Origin: a candidate division FCPU426 bacterium
GTDB lineage: Bacteria > Oederibacteriota > JAAXVQ01 > JAUVAV01
DNA: 64,000 bases
Assembly: GCA_040756875.1 (NCBI GenBank)
Contig: JBFLYH010000001.1
Coordinates: forward strand, 96,001 to 160,000
Direction of reading: 5' to 3'
The notes beneath the pieces were generated by a model. That model ran no database searches, was not told the DNA's origin, and saw only the letters and a program-made list of their open reading frames with translations. The position numbers were made by a program, and so were the translations under genes. Position 1 is the first letter of the stretch. The number at the start of each line of letters is the position of its first letter. Positions 37,294 through 47,016 of this stretch are shown here, piece after piece.

Positions 37294-37863
37294 TTATTTC
37301 GCTGACTTGGCCAGTTTGGCCAAATCCATTTTGTTGACCAGCCGCTGCAGCAGGGCAACGTCGTCCATACCGTTGGCCGTCAGCTTCACGGTGAAGCGTT
37401 TGGCCACCAAGATCACGATTTCGGCCGTGGGGCTTTCGCCCCGTTCGACCCGTTCCGAACCCTGGAAGCCCTGGATGGTCACGTTTTTATAATACCCGGC
37501 GTCGGATTCGGCTTCCATGCCTTGCATCATGGTGGAAGCCATTTCGCTCATGTCCACGCCGCCGTAATTCATGGTCGCGGCATTGTCCTCGATCCTCACC
37601 TCGATGGTCTGCAGGTTTTCGTCGCCGCCTTTTTCATAGGTGACCGAGGCGAAGGACATGGACATGCCGAACGCGGTGTCCGTGGAACCTTCCACAGGCA
37701 GGCGCTTGAAGCCGGCCAGTTCCAGCGTGGGCAGAATGGCTTGCAGGGTCTTGTAGTTGACGGCTTTGGGCGTCTTGGCCGCTTTCGCGGCTGCGGCGGG
37801 AGCGGACGCGGCCAGGCCCAGAAGACAGGTTAAAACCACGGCATACGATACGGCTTTTTTCAT
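37294..37863 (-). CDS. secreted hypothetical protein
   Basis: GGAGG RBS; signal peptide MKKAVSYAVVLTCLLGLAASA. Confidence 0.7.
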   Translation of the reverse strand: MKKAVSYAVVLTCLLGLAASAPAAAAKAAKTPKAVNYKTLQAILPTLELAGFKRLPVEGSTDTAFGMSMSFASVTYEKGGDENLQTIEVRIEDNAATMNYGGVDMSEMASTMMQGMEAESDAGYYKNVTIQGFQGSERVERGESPTAEIVILVAKRFTVKLTANGMDDVALLQRLVNKMDLAKLAKSAK

Positions 37864-38041
37864 GCTTGCACACCTCCGGGGACGGGATGGGCGTTCGGAT
37901 GAGCGGAGGTAGCATAGCACAAAAACCGGCTGCGGAGAAGCCGCCACCCGCGGGTTTCGGGCTTCAAATCAGCCGCGTTCTGTTGTATAACCCAAGTACC
38001 CGGCCCCAGGCCGGGGAGTAAATATGCGGATGGGCGGAACC

Positions 38042-39469
38042 ATGACCAGCCTTGCGGGCGAACGCGTTGAAAAAGATCTGCTCGGAGAGCGGAGCCTTCC
38101 GGCTTCGGCCTTGTGGGGCATCCACAGCCTGCGGGCCCGCGAGAATTTCCCCCTGCCGCTCAATCCCGTGAACCCGCGCCTGATCCACGCCCTGGGCGAA
38201 GTCAAGCTCGCCTGCGCGCAGGTCAATCTCGACCTCGGGTACCTTGAACCTATCCGGGCCAAGGCCGTGCTGCAGGCCTGCCGCGAGCTCGCGGACGGGA
38301 TGCTCGACGAACACATCATCGTGCCCGCCCTGCAGGGCGGGGCCGGCACCAGCCTGAACCACAACGTGAACGAGGTCATCGCCAACCGCAGCCTGCTTCT
38401 GCTGGGGCGCCAGCCAGGCGACTACGCGCACTGCGATCCGCTCGAGGACGTGAACCGCCACCAGTCCACGAACGACGTGTTTCCCACGGCTCTGCGGGTC
38501 GCCGCTTACCGCGCCCTGATCGAACTGGAGCAGGCCGTGACCCGGCTGCAGGAGGCGCTGCAGCGCCGGGAGCGGGAGTTCGACTCCGTTCCCAAGCTGG
38601 GGCGCACCGAGCTCATGGACGCGGTGCCTGTCACGCTCGGCCGGGAGTTCGGCGCCTGGGCCGAGGCCCTGGCCCGCGACCGCTGGCGGCTGTTCAAGTG
38701 CCAGGAGCGGATCCGGGTGGTGAACCTGGGCGGCACGGCCGTGGGCACCGGGCTGGGCGCCCCCAAGGACTACATCTTCCGGGCCGTCGAAGCGCTTAAG
38801 CGCACGACCAACCTGCCTCTGGCCCGGGCCGAGAATCTGCTGGAAGCGACCCAGAACCAGGACGCTCTGGCCGAAGTCATGGGCATGATCAAGACCCATG
38901 CCTTGAACCTTTTAAAGATGGCCCGGGACCTGCGCCTGCTGGCCATGGGCCCGGCCGGCGGCCCGGCGGAAATCAAGCTCCAGCCCCTGCAGGGCGGCTC
39001 CACCATCATGCCCGGCAAGACCAATCCCGTGATCCCGGAAATGCTCTGCCAGGTGGCCTTCCAGGTGATCGCCGCCGATGCCGCGCTGGCCTGGGCCGTG
39101 GGCTCGGGCGAGCTGGAACTGAACGCGTTTCTGCCGGCCGCGGCCGACAACCTGCTGCGCAGCCTGGATCTGCTGATAGCCGCCAACCGCGCGGCCGCGG
39201 ACAAGTGCATTGACCTGCTCTCGGCCGATCCCGCGCAGTGCGGCCGCCTGCTGGCGGCCGCGCCCTCCGCGGTGACCGTGCTCGTGCCGGAGATCGGTTA
39301 TCACCGCGCCGAAGCCATTGCCAAGGCCATGCAGGAGCAGGGGCTCGACCTGCTGCAGGCCTGCGAGCAGGCCGGCGTGCCGGCCGAGCGGGTGCGGCAG
39401 CGCCTGTCGCCGCAGGCGGTGAATGCCCTGGGCTCCGAACCCGCGCCTCCGGAAAGGGCCAAACCGTGA
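38042..39469 (+). CDS. aspA: aspartate ammonia-lyase
   Basis: QGGAGTS.N.N.NEVIANR, HQSTND.FPTA, GRT.L.DA.P and GSTIMPGKTNPVIPE motifs. Confidence 0.92.
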   Translation: MTSLAGERVEKDLLGERSLPASALWGIHSLRARENFPLPLNPVNPRLIHALGEVKLACAQVNLDLGYLEPIRAKAVLQACRELADGMLDEHIIVPALQGGAGTSLNHNVNEVIANRSLLLLGRQPGDYAHCDPLEDVNRHQSTNDVFPTALRVAAYRALIELEQAVTRLQEALQRREREFDSVPKLGRTELMDAVPVTLGREFGAWAEALARDRWRLFKCQERIRVVNLGGTAVGTGLGAPKDYIFRAVEALKRTTNLPLARAENLLEATQNQDALAEVMGMIKTHALNLLKMARDLRLLAMGPAGGPAEIKLQPLQGGSTIMPGKTNPVIPEMLCQVAFQVIAADAALAWAVGSGELELNAFLPAAADNLLRSLDLLIAANRAAADKCIDLLSADPAQCGRLLAAAPSAVTVLVPEIGYHRAEAIAKAMQEQGLDLLQACEQAGVPAERVRQRLSPQAVNALGSEPAPPERAKP

Positions 39470-40722
39470 GCGCCTCCCTGCACGAAGCGCCGGCCGGCGT
39501 GCGCCTGCACATCGGCCTGTTCGGCCGCCGCAATGTAGGCAAGTCCTCCCTGATGAACGCCCTGGCCGGCCAGGCGGTGTCCATCGTCTCTCCGCAGGCC
39601 GGCACCACCACGGACGTGGTGAGCAAGGCCGCCGAACTTCAGCCCCTGGGCCCTGTGCTGTTTCTGGATACGGCCGGCCTCGACGACGAGGGCGAGCTGG
39701 GCCAACAGCGCGTCCGGTCCAGCCGCAAGGCCCTGGAGCGCACGGACTTGGTGCTGCTGGTCGCGGAAGGGAAGTGGACGCCTTTTGAGGAGGCGCTGGT
39801 CGCGGAGCTCAAGGCCCGCAACCTGCCTGTAATCGCCGTGCTTGCCAAAAGCGATCTCCACCGCGCGGACGAGGCCCTGCGGCTGGCGGCCGGGCGCGGG
39901 GCAACCGAGGTTGTGGAGGTGTCGGCCCTCACCGGCGAAGGCCTGCTGGCGCTTAAGGAAGCCGTTATCCGCCACGCGCCCCGCGAATCCCTGGAGCGCA
40001 GTTCGATCCTGAGCGGGCTGGTGGGGCCGGGCGACTGGGTGGTGCTGGTGGTGCCGATCGACCTGGAAGCCCCCAAGGGCCGCCTGATCCTGCCCCAGGT
40101 GCAGACCCTGCGCGAGGCGCTGGACTGCGATGCCAAGGCTGTGGTGGTCAAGGAGCGCGAATTGTCCGACGCCCTGCGCCAGCTGGGCAGCCGGCCCAAA
40201 CTGGTGGTGACAGATTCGCAGGCCATCCTGAAAGTCGCCGCGGACGTGCCGGACGACGTTCCGGTGACCGGGTTTTCGGTGTTGTACGCCCGCTGGAAGG
40301 GCGACCTGGCGACGTTCGTAGAGGGCGCCGGCGTCATTGACCGGTTGCAATCGGGCGACGCGGTGCTGATCGCCGAAGCGTGCACGCACCACGCCATCGC
40401 CGACGACATCGGCCGGGTCAAGATCCCCCGCTGGCTGGCCCAATACACGGGCGCGCAGCTACGTTTCGAACACAGCGCGGGCCATGATTTTCCGCCCAAC
40501 CTGAAGGACTTCCGGCTGGTCATCCAGTGCGGCGCCTGCATGACCAACCGCCGCGAAATCCTGTCGCGGATCCTGGCCGTGCAGACGGCCGGCGTACCCA
40601 TCACGAATTACGGCCTGGCGATCGCCAAATGCCAGGGCGTACTGGAGCGCATGTTGTCGCCTTTCCCGGAGTTTTCCGGACAGTTGCATTCCCGGGCGGG
40701 TGTGCTAGAATACGGAGCTTAG
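39466..40722 (+). CDS. hydF: [FeFe]-hydrogenase H-cluster maturation GTPase HydF
   Basis: GRRNVGKSS, GTTTD, DTAG, APKGRLILPQVQ, EACTHH, DIGRVKIP, CGACM and TNYG motifs. Confidence 0.95.
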   Translation: MSASLHEAPAGVRLHIGLFGRRNVGKSSLMNALAGQAVSIVSPQAGTTTDVVSKAAELQPLGPVLFLDTAGLDDEGELGQQRVRSSRKALERTDLVLLVAEGKWTPFEEALVAELKARNLPVIAVLAKSDLHRADEALRLAAGRGATEVVEVSALTGEGLLALKEAVIRHAPRESLERSSILSGLVGPGDWVVLVVPIDLEAPKGRLILPQVQTLREALDCDAKAVVVKERELSDALRQLGSRPKLVVTDSQAILKVAADVPDDVPVTGFSVLYARWKGDLATFVEGAGVIDRLQSGDAVLIAEACTHHAIADDIGRVKIPRWLAQYTGAQLRFEHSAGHDFPPNLKDFRLVIQCGACMTNRREILSRILAVQTAGVPITNYGLAIAKCQGVLERMLSPFPEFSGQLHSRAGVLEYGA

Positions 40723-40761
40723 CAGGCAGAATACGGCCGTGAGCCGGGCAGGAGGCTGGTT

Positions 40762-41034
40762 ATGGATCGCGATTCGCGGTATTGGGAAGCCCGCAACTGG
40801 GTGGTGGCGCTTAAAATTTTCTACATTCACCTGATCGCCTACGTGGTGGTGAATTTCGGATTGATCGTACTCAACCTGACCACGTCGCCCAAACAGCTGT
40901 GGTTCTTCTTCCCGCTGTTCGGGTGGGGCATCGGCATCCTGGCCCACGCGCTGGCGGTTTTCGGCTTGGGCGGCTTTCTGGGACGCAGCTGGGAAGATAA
41001 AAAGATCCAGCAATACCTGGAAAGGAAAAAATAA
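40762..41034 (+). CDS. 2TM domain protein
   Basis: FY.HL..Y..VN, WF.FP..GWGIG...H and WED.KI motifs. Confidence 0.85.
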   Translation: MDRDSRYWEARNWVVALKIFYIHLIAYVVVNFGLIVLNLTTSPKQLWFFFPLFGWGIGILAHALAVFGLGGFLGRSWEDKKIQQYLERKK

Positions 41035-41133
41035 GCGCCTGCCCGCGCATGGTTTTTTGTTCCCTCTGGTCTAAGGTAAGGGAGGCCCGGCTGGCCGGAT
41101 GCGCCGGACCCCTTACCATCAGGGGGCGAAACC

Positions 41134-41724
41134 ATGACCGAAGAAGGAATGATCAGCATGACCGAATTTAAAACCGTGGTCGAGGAATTCCGCTCGGATC
41201 TCCGCAAAGTGGTCGAAGTCATGAACTTTCGTTTTGACCGCCAGGACCGCCGGATGGACGGGATGATGGAGCAGATTGCCTCGCTGCAGGAAGGGCAGAC
41301 CTCGCTGCGCCAAGGCCAGATGACTTTGGAGCAGGGTCAGGTGCGATTGGAACAACGCCAGGGCAAGCTGGAAGAACGCCAGGGCAAGTTGGAAGAGCGC
41401 CAGGGCAAGCTGGAAGAACGCCAGGGCAAGTTGGAAGAGCGCCAGGGCAAGCTGGAAGAGCGCCAGGGCAAGCTGGAAGAACGCCAAGGCAAACTGGAAG
41501 AACGCCAGGGTGGTTTGGAAGGACAGGTAATGCTCCTGCAGGAAGGACAGATATCCCTGGAATGGAAAATCGGGCAAGTGCAGCAAAGCCAGGAGGAAAT
41601 GAAGGCCCAAATTTCACTCTTGCAGGAAGGCCAGGCGGCCATCCGGGCTGACCTGCGCTATAAAGCCTCCTACGAAGACCTTGATCAACTTGAAAAACGC
41701 ATGAAAAGCAAAAAGAGCGAATGA
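41134..41724 (+). CDS. coiled-coil protein with heptad tandem repeat
   Basis: (LEERQGK)n heptads; the start may be 41149 or 41158. Confidence 0.7.
   Translation: MTEEGMISMTEFKTVVEEFRSDLRKVVEVMNFRFDRQDRRMDGMMEQIASLQEGQTSLRQGQMTLEQGQVRLEQRQGKLEERQGKLEERQGKLEERQGKLEERQGKLEERQGKLEERQGKLEERQGGLEGQVMLLQEGQISLEWKIGQVQQSQEEMKAQISLLQEGQAAIRADLRYKASYEDLDQLEKRMKSKKSE
41347..41514 (+). repeat. 8 x 21-bp coding tandem repeat
   Basis: Consensus (C/T)TGGAAGA(A/G)CGCCAGGGCAAG, encoding LEERQGK. Confidence 0.95.
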
Positions 41725-41776
41725 ACGGCGGCTTTTGGACGTGCGCGTTCCCGCCTCGCTCGTCCCGCTCCTCCCA

Positions 41777-42607
41777 CTAAGGAAGCAAAGGCGCCCCTGT
41801 GCCGGCTTGTGTATCTCCGCCTGCTTCGGGAATTTCGGTGCCTGCTTGCGCGGTGGAGGTTAAAGGCAACAGGGCTGTCACCGCCACGATGGGTGAAGGC
41901 GGCAGAATGCCTTTTTCCAGCAGCCGGTGGTTGATCCAGGTTTTCCTGAACTCGGTGAAACGGTCCGGCGCGAGCGGCGAATGCCGCAGCGGGGAGGGCA
42001 ACACCGCGGCCAGGGCCACCGCCTCCTCCCAAGAAAGGTCAGCCGCTGACTTTTGAAAATAGTGCCGGGCCGCGGCCTCGGCCCCGAAGACGCCGTGGCC
42101 CCATTCGGCGATATTCAGGTATAATTCCAAAATCCTTCGTTTTCCCAGCCGCTTTTCCATGCGTTTGGCCAGCATCGCTTCCTTCAATTTTCGGAACGGG
42201 GACTTTTTTGGCGAGAGAAAGAGATTTTTCGCGGTTTGCTGGGTAATGGTGCTGGCGCCGCGTCGGAACCTGCCGCGCTGCAAGGTTTCTTTCCAGACAG
42301 CGCGGATTTCCTCCCAGTCCAGGCCGTCATGTAGGTAAAACATGTCATCCTCGGCCACCAGCACGGCCTGGCGCAAAGCCGGGGCGATCCGGCTGAGCGG
42401 CACCCATTGATAATGGATGCGCAAGGGCCGGTGCCGGCGTTTGGCTTCCTGCTGCCGCAAATCCATCAGGCGGGATCTGGCTGGCGGTTGGGAAACGAGC
42501 CGGTTGAAGCCCGGAGCCCACCACAGCCAGATTCCGAAAACCACGGCAGCCGCGCCGGCTGCGGCGGCACCTGCGCGCCAGGTTGTTTTGAGGGTGACAT
42601 TTAACAT
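41777..42607 (-). CDS. mtgA: monofunctional biosynthetic peptidoglycan transglycosylase
   Basis: AEDD.FY.H.G, RGASTITQQTAKNLFL, RK..E, KRRILELYLN.AEWG and A.LP.P motifs. Confidence 0.9.
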   Translation of the reverse strand: MLNVTLKTTWRAGAAAAGAAAVVFGIWLWWAPGFNRLVSQPPARSRLMDLRQQEAKRRHRPLRIHYQWVPLSRIAPALRQAVLVAEDDMFYLHDGLDWEEIRAVWKETLQRGRFRRGASTITQQTAKNLFLSPKKSPFRKLKEAMLAKRMEKRLGKRRILELYLNIAEWGHGVFGAEAAARHYFQKSAADLSWEEAVALAAVLPSPLRHSPLAPDRFTEFRKTWINHRLLEKGILPPSPIVAVTALLPLTSTAQAGTEIPEAGGDTQAGTGAPLLP

Positions 42608-42730
42608 TCGGCTTTGCCTCCGAGGTGGGCACTGTATTCTATAATGAACTGGATGTCAACCTTCCCAGTACTAATGCCATAAAACTGCTGGGTTTTTATT
42701 TAGAACGGTTCTATAATCAGGGACCGGAGG

Positions 42731-43858
42731 ATGATGATACCTATTATGATCACGAAACGTTATGCCGCCTGGACCTCGGTCCTTGCCGCAGGCTTGCTGG
42801 TGTTATTGAAACTGGTCGTGGGTCTGGCCACCAACAGCCTGGGTATTTTAGCGGAAGCAGCCCATTCTTTTTTGGATTTAGGCGCGGCCTTGATGACCTT
42901 GGTGGCGGTTTCCATTTCTGACAAACCCCCGGATGAAAGCCATCATTACGGGCACGGCAAGGTTGAAGGTTTGTCTGCTTTTCTCGAGGTTCTGCTTCTG
43001 CTTCTGACCTGTGCATATATCATGTATGAGGCGTTCGAGAGGATCCTAGGTAAGGGCGGACATGTGGAAGTCAATGTGTTTTCTTTTGCCGTGATGGTCA
43101 TTTCCATCGTTGTGGATTATTCCCGCTCGCGGATGTTGTACAAGGTGGCTCGCCAAACTAAAAGCCAGGCCTTGGAAGCCGATGCCCTGCATTTTTCCTC
43201 GGATATTTTCAGTTCCCTGGTCGTTATCGTCGGCTTGGTGGGATATCGCTTTTTCCATCTGCCTCTCGCGGATCCCCTGGCGGCTCTGGTGGTATCGGTG
43301 CTGGTGATCGTGATTTCCATCCGTCTGGCTAAACAGACCTTCGACGTACTGCTGGACAAGGCGCCGGCCGGATTGCGCGAACAGGTGGCAAGCACAGTCA
43401 TCCGGCTGCCCGGGATCCGGCGCATCAACAACCTGCGCGTCCGCACCACAGGCGCGCAGACTTTCGCCGACATCCGGGTGGAATTGGTCGGGAGCCTGTC
43501 GTTTGAAGAAGCCCACGCCCTGGCCGAACAAGTGGAAGCCAAGGTGGCGGAAATCATTCCCGGCGCGGACATCATCGTGCACGCGGACCCGGCGGACGGT
43601 TCCCGGGACCTGGAATGGATCCGCAAGGAAATCGGGAACCTGCTCCGCGCGCACACCGGATTTTTCCAGGGGTATCACAACCTGCACATTTTCAAGCATT
43701 TCGATCAATACTACGTCAGCTTTCATTTGTGCATGTCCGGGCAGACCCAGTTGGAAGACGCGCACAAAGTGTGCGACCACCTGGAAAACGAAATCAAGCG
43801 CAAGTTCAAGAAGGTCAAAGTCTCCATTCACTGCGAACCGGCCAAAACCGAGGCGTAG
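42731..43858 (+). CDS. cation diffusion facilitator transporter with duplicated C-terminal dimerisation domain
   Basis: A.HS..D, PPD..HHYGHGK.E and ADALH..SD motifs; two AH...E...IH.[DE]P domains. Confidence 0.9.
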   Translation: MMIPIMITKRYAAWTSVLAAGLLVLLKLVVGLATNSLGILAEAAHSFLDLGAALMTLVAVSISDKPPDESHHYGHGKVEGLSAFLEVLLLLLTCAYIMYEAFERILGKGGHVEVNVFSFAVMVISIVVDYSRSRMLYKVARQTKSQALEADALHFSSDIFSSLVVIVGLVGYRFFHLPLADPLAALVVSVLVIVISIRLAKQTFDVLLDKAPAGLREQVASTVIRLPGIRRINNLRVRTTGAQTFADIRVELVGSLSFEEAHALAEQVEAKVAEIIPGADIIVHADPADGSRDLEWIRKEIGNLLRAHTGFFQGYHNLHIFKHFDQYYVSFHLCMSGQTQLEDAHKVCDHLENEIKRKFKKVKVSIHCEPAKTEA

Positions 43859-43909
43859 TCCCTCCGCGAGAGTCCGCAAACATCGCTCCGGCGAAAGAAA
43901 ACAGGGATT

Positions 43910-45073
43910 TTAAACGGACGGCTGAACCGGTTTGCCCGTGACGCGCAGCAGGACCAGGCTGGCCAGCAGTCCCAGGCCCATGGCCCACCACAGCGGCGCC
44001 GAGGGATCGATCCGGTCCCATAGCAGGCCGGCCAGGAACGAGGCCGGAAAGGCGCACAACCCCATCACCATTTGGAACCCGCCCAGAAGGCTGGCGCGAA
44101 ACGCCTGCGGCACTAGTTCGGCGATGAAGGCTTTCTGCACGGTTTCCAAACCCGCCAGATGCAACCCGTACAGCAAAAAGGCCGACACCACGGCCACCGG
44201 GGAATGGGAGAACAGCAGCACCGAGGCGGTCAGCACCCAGACGAGGTAACTGAGGAGCAGCACGGGCTTGCGTCCGATGCGGTCGGAAAGCCGTCCGCAG
44301 GGCAGGGACAGCAGTGCGCCGGCGGCCGTGAAAATCAGATAGAGCAGGGGCAGCGTGCCCACGCGGAAGCCGAACGATTTGGCGTACAGCAGCAGGAAGG
44401 AGTAGCTGAAGGAACCCAACGAGAAAATCGCCGTGGCGGCCAGGAGCCAGCGGAGGTTGGGCGTCAGCTGCGCGAAGGAAACGCCCTTGTACACCTTGTC
44501 GCCGTCCGACGGGTCGTGGGTTTTGAACAGGATTAGCAGCGCGCTGAGCAGGGAAGGGGCCGCGGCCAGCATGAACAACGCCCGGTAGCCCAGACGTTCG
44601 AACAGCAGCAGGCAGATGACAATGCCCACCAGGGCGCCCAGGTTGTCCATGGTCCGGAGCAGCCCGAAATGACGACCGCGGTTCCGGTCGTTCGAAAGGT
44701 CCGCGACCATGGCGTCGCGCGGCGCACCCCGCATTTTTCCGGCGCGGTCGAGAATTCGCAGGGGGATGATCGGCGGCCAGGAAGAAGCGAGCCCGTAGCC
44801 CAGGCGGGACACCGCCCCGAACAAGTAGCCGGTCCATACGAACACCTTGCGCTTGCGCAGGCGGTCGGACCAGTAGCCGGAGACCGCCTGGGAAATCGAG
44901 ACGATGGCGTTCCCCAGCCCGTCGATCAGGCCCAGCACGGCCACGTTCGCGCCCAGAATGCTGGTGATGAACACCGGCCAGATGGGATAGATCATATCCG
45001 ACCCCATGTCGTTGAAAAAGGAGGCCCAGGCGAAAGTGCCCACACCTTTGGCGCGAGGTTCGGTCGTTTTCAT
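43910..45073 (-). CDS. MFS transporter
   Basis: SFFNDMGSDMIYP, G..SDR..KRK, DR.GK.RGAPRDA and FG..RTMD..GA motifs; overlaps the stop of the upstream gene. Confidence 0.88.
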   Translation of the reverse strand: MKTTEPRAKGVGTFAWASFFNDMGSDMIYPIWPVFITSILGANVAVLGLIDGLGNAIVSISQAVSGYWSDRLRKRKVFVWTGYLFGAVSRLGYGLASSWPPIIPLRILDRAGKMRGAPRDAMVADLSNDRNRGRHFGLLRTMDNLGALVGIVICLLLFERLGYRALFMLAAAPSLLSALLILFKTHDPSDGDKVYKGVSFAQLTPNLRWLLAATAIFSLGSFSYSFLLLYAKSFGFRVGTLPLLYLIFTAAGALLSLPCGRLSDRIGRKPVLLLSYLVWVLTASVLLFSHSPVAVVSAFLLYGLHLAGLETVQKAFIAELVPQAFRASLLGGFQMVMGLCAFPASFLAGLLWDRIDPSAPLWWAMGLGLLASLVLLRVTGKPVQPSV

Positions 45074-46857
45074 GGAGCGGTCTCTTTCTCCCGTTTGGCG
45101 GGTGTGGATTCGGCCGCGGCCTCGGGGTGGACCCCGTGCCACAGCCCTTCGAGGAAATGCCTGACATTGACGCCCAGATTACGGGTGTTGTATCCGCCTT
45201 CCTGGACGATCAAAGTGGGCAGGCGCAGGTCGCCGATCATACGGCCGTGCCGTTCGAAATCGCCGGGCAGCCATTCCCAGGTTCCGGTCGGATCGCCGCG
45301 CCCCGTGTCCGCGCCGAACGCCACCACCAGGAACTGCGGCCCGAATTTCTGCACGTGCTTGAGGGCCGTGGCCAGAACCGGCGTATAAGCCGTGGGCTCC
45401 AGGCGTTCGGGCAGGGGAAAGTTTAGGTTGAAGCCCTGGCCAGGGCCTTGCCCGGTTTCGTCCCGGAAACCCGAAAAGTAGGGGTAGGCGAAATTAGGGT
45501 GGGCGTGCAGCGAAACCGTGAAGACGTCGCTGCGCTGATAGAAAATTTCCTGCTGCCCGTTGCCGTGGTGGTAATCCACGTCCAGGATCGCCACCTTGCC
45601 GTAGCGGCTGAGGTAATGGGCGGCAATGGCCGCGGAATTGAAGTAACAGAATCCGCCGAAGGCCCGGCGTTCGGCGTGGTGGCCCGGCGGCCTGACCAGC
45701 GCATAGGCGAGGTGGCGGGTGTTGAGGATGTGGTGCGCGCCGGTGAGGGCGCAATCCACCGCGCGTTTGGCCGCGATATAGGCGTTGCGGTTCAGCGGGG
45801 TGAAGGTGTCGATACCGTAGTAACCGGCGCAAACCGACAACTCCCGCGGCGGGCGCGTGAGGTTGCGGACCGGGAACACGTACGGGTAAACGGACTCGTT
45901 TTCCGGCAGGGACTGGCACACCCGCCGGAAGTAGCGCACATACTCCTGGTCGTGCACTTCGTTGATGTACTTGTCCGCCACGCGCCAGGCTTTCCAGTGC
46001 TGGAAGAGGCCGGTTTTGTCGATTTCCCGGAGGATGGCCGGAATGCGGACCGGCGCTTCGACGTATCCGCTTTCCTTGACGTGGTGGATTTCGTGCTCTC
46101 GGTTCATGAGCAGGGCGATCTGCTGGGCGGCCGGGACCGGCGTCCTGGGCTGCGTGCGCGGTTTTTTCAGATAGCGCGGTTCGCGCACCTGCACCGGGTC
46201 ATCCTGGATGGACGCCACCACCATTTGTAGGTAATCCTTGGGCACCACTTCCGGGTACTTGCGTTCCAGGATCGCCCGCACGATGCTCTTGGCCATCTCC
46301 CGGTGCAGCTTGGTGCCCTGGCCCAGGTCGTCGAACAGCAGGTAGGGGGGATTGTCATCCTCGGCGGTCAAGGGGGTTTCGTAGCGGGTGTTCGCGATCG
46401 GCCGCGCGCCGTAATACTCGTAGAATTTGAGGCGCGCCATGTTTTCCTTCAGCACCTCGGGGTCCCGGCACAGCTTGGGATCGTCGGGCAGGCACTCCAG
46501 AAACAGGCCTACGCTTTTCAGGTTCGACGCCTCCTCGCGGACTCGCTCGTAGAGGGCGCTGCCGATGCCGCGGCCCATGGTCTGCTTGCTTGTGGCCAGG
46601 AGGTCCAGATAGCAAAAATTCAAGTCCGGCGCGTGCAGCAGCAAGGCGAACGCCTCGACCCGGCCGTAGAAATTTTCGCCCACAAACAGAATGGTCCGGA
46701 AACGGTACTTGAGCGGGTTTTTCAGGCGGGCCGGGATTTTGGCGATTTCCTTTTCGGGCAGGGCGGAGAACTGGCTGCGGATGATGGCCTGGACCTGCTC
46801 GATGGCCTGCTTTTCCGCCGGCGTGGCCGCGTCGTAGATGGGGAAGATGCGAAACAT
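45070..46857 (-). CDS. GNAT acetyltransferase-like + histone deacetylase/acetylpolyamine amidohydrolase fusion
   Basis: N-terminal GRGIGSALY and FYE.YGA; C-terminal RPPGHHA, GGFCYFN, LDVDYHHGNG, G.D...DP and QEGGY. Confidence 0.9.
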   Translation of the reverse strand: MFRIFPIYDAATPAEKQAIEQVQAIIRSQFSALPEKEIAKIPARLKNPLKYRFRTILFVGENFYGRVEAFALLLHAPDLNFCYLDLLATSKQTMGRGIGSALYERVREEASNLKSVGLFLECLPDDPKLCRDPEVLKENMARLKFYEYYGARPIANTRYETPLTAEDDNPPYLLFDDLGQGTKLHREMAKSIVRAILERKYPEVVPKDYLQMVVASIQDDPVQVREPRYLKKPRTQPRTPVPAAQQIALLMNREHEIHHVKESGYVEAPVRIPAILREIDKTGLFQHWKAWRVADKYINEVHDQEYVRYFRRVCQSLPENESVYPYVFPVRNLTRPPRELSVCAGYYGIDTFTPLNRNAYIAAKRAVDCALTGAHHILNTRHLAYALVRPPGHHAERRAFGGFCYFNSAAIAAHYLSRYGKVAILDVDYHHGNGQQEIFYQRSDVFTVSLHAHPNFAYPYFSGFRDETGQGPGQGFNLNFPLPERLEPTAYTPVLATALKHVQKFGPQFLVVAFGADTGRGDPTGTWEWLPGDFERHGRMIGDLRLPTLIVQEGGYNTRNLGVNVRHFLEGLWHGVHPEAAAESTPAKREKETAP

Positions 46858-46979
46858 GCTCGGACCTCGGGAAAGAAGGAATGACGAAGCATTATAAACC
46901 CTCGGTTAGGTGGGGCTGTAAAAAAAACGCAGAAAAGGTTGGCCGCCCTCCCCAAACCACCTCAAGGCCTTCGATGTGG

Positions 46980-47016
46980 TTTTCCGGATTCGGAATACAA
47001 ATCCGAATCCGGAAAA
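46980..47016. promoter_or_regulatory. perfect 15-bp inverted repeat in a divergent intergenic region
   Basis: TTTTCCGGATTCGGA-ATACAAA-TCCGAATCCGGAAAA. Confidence 0.5.
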
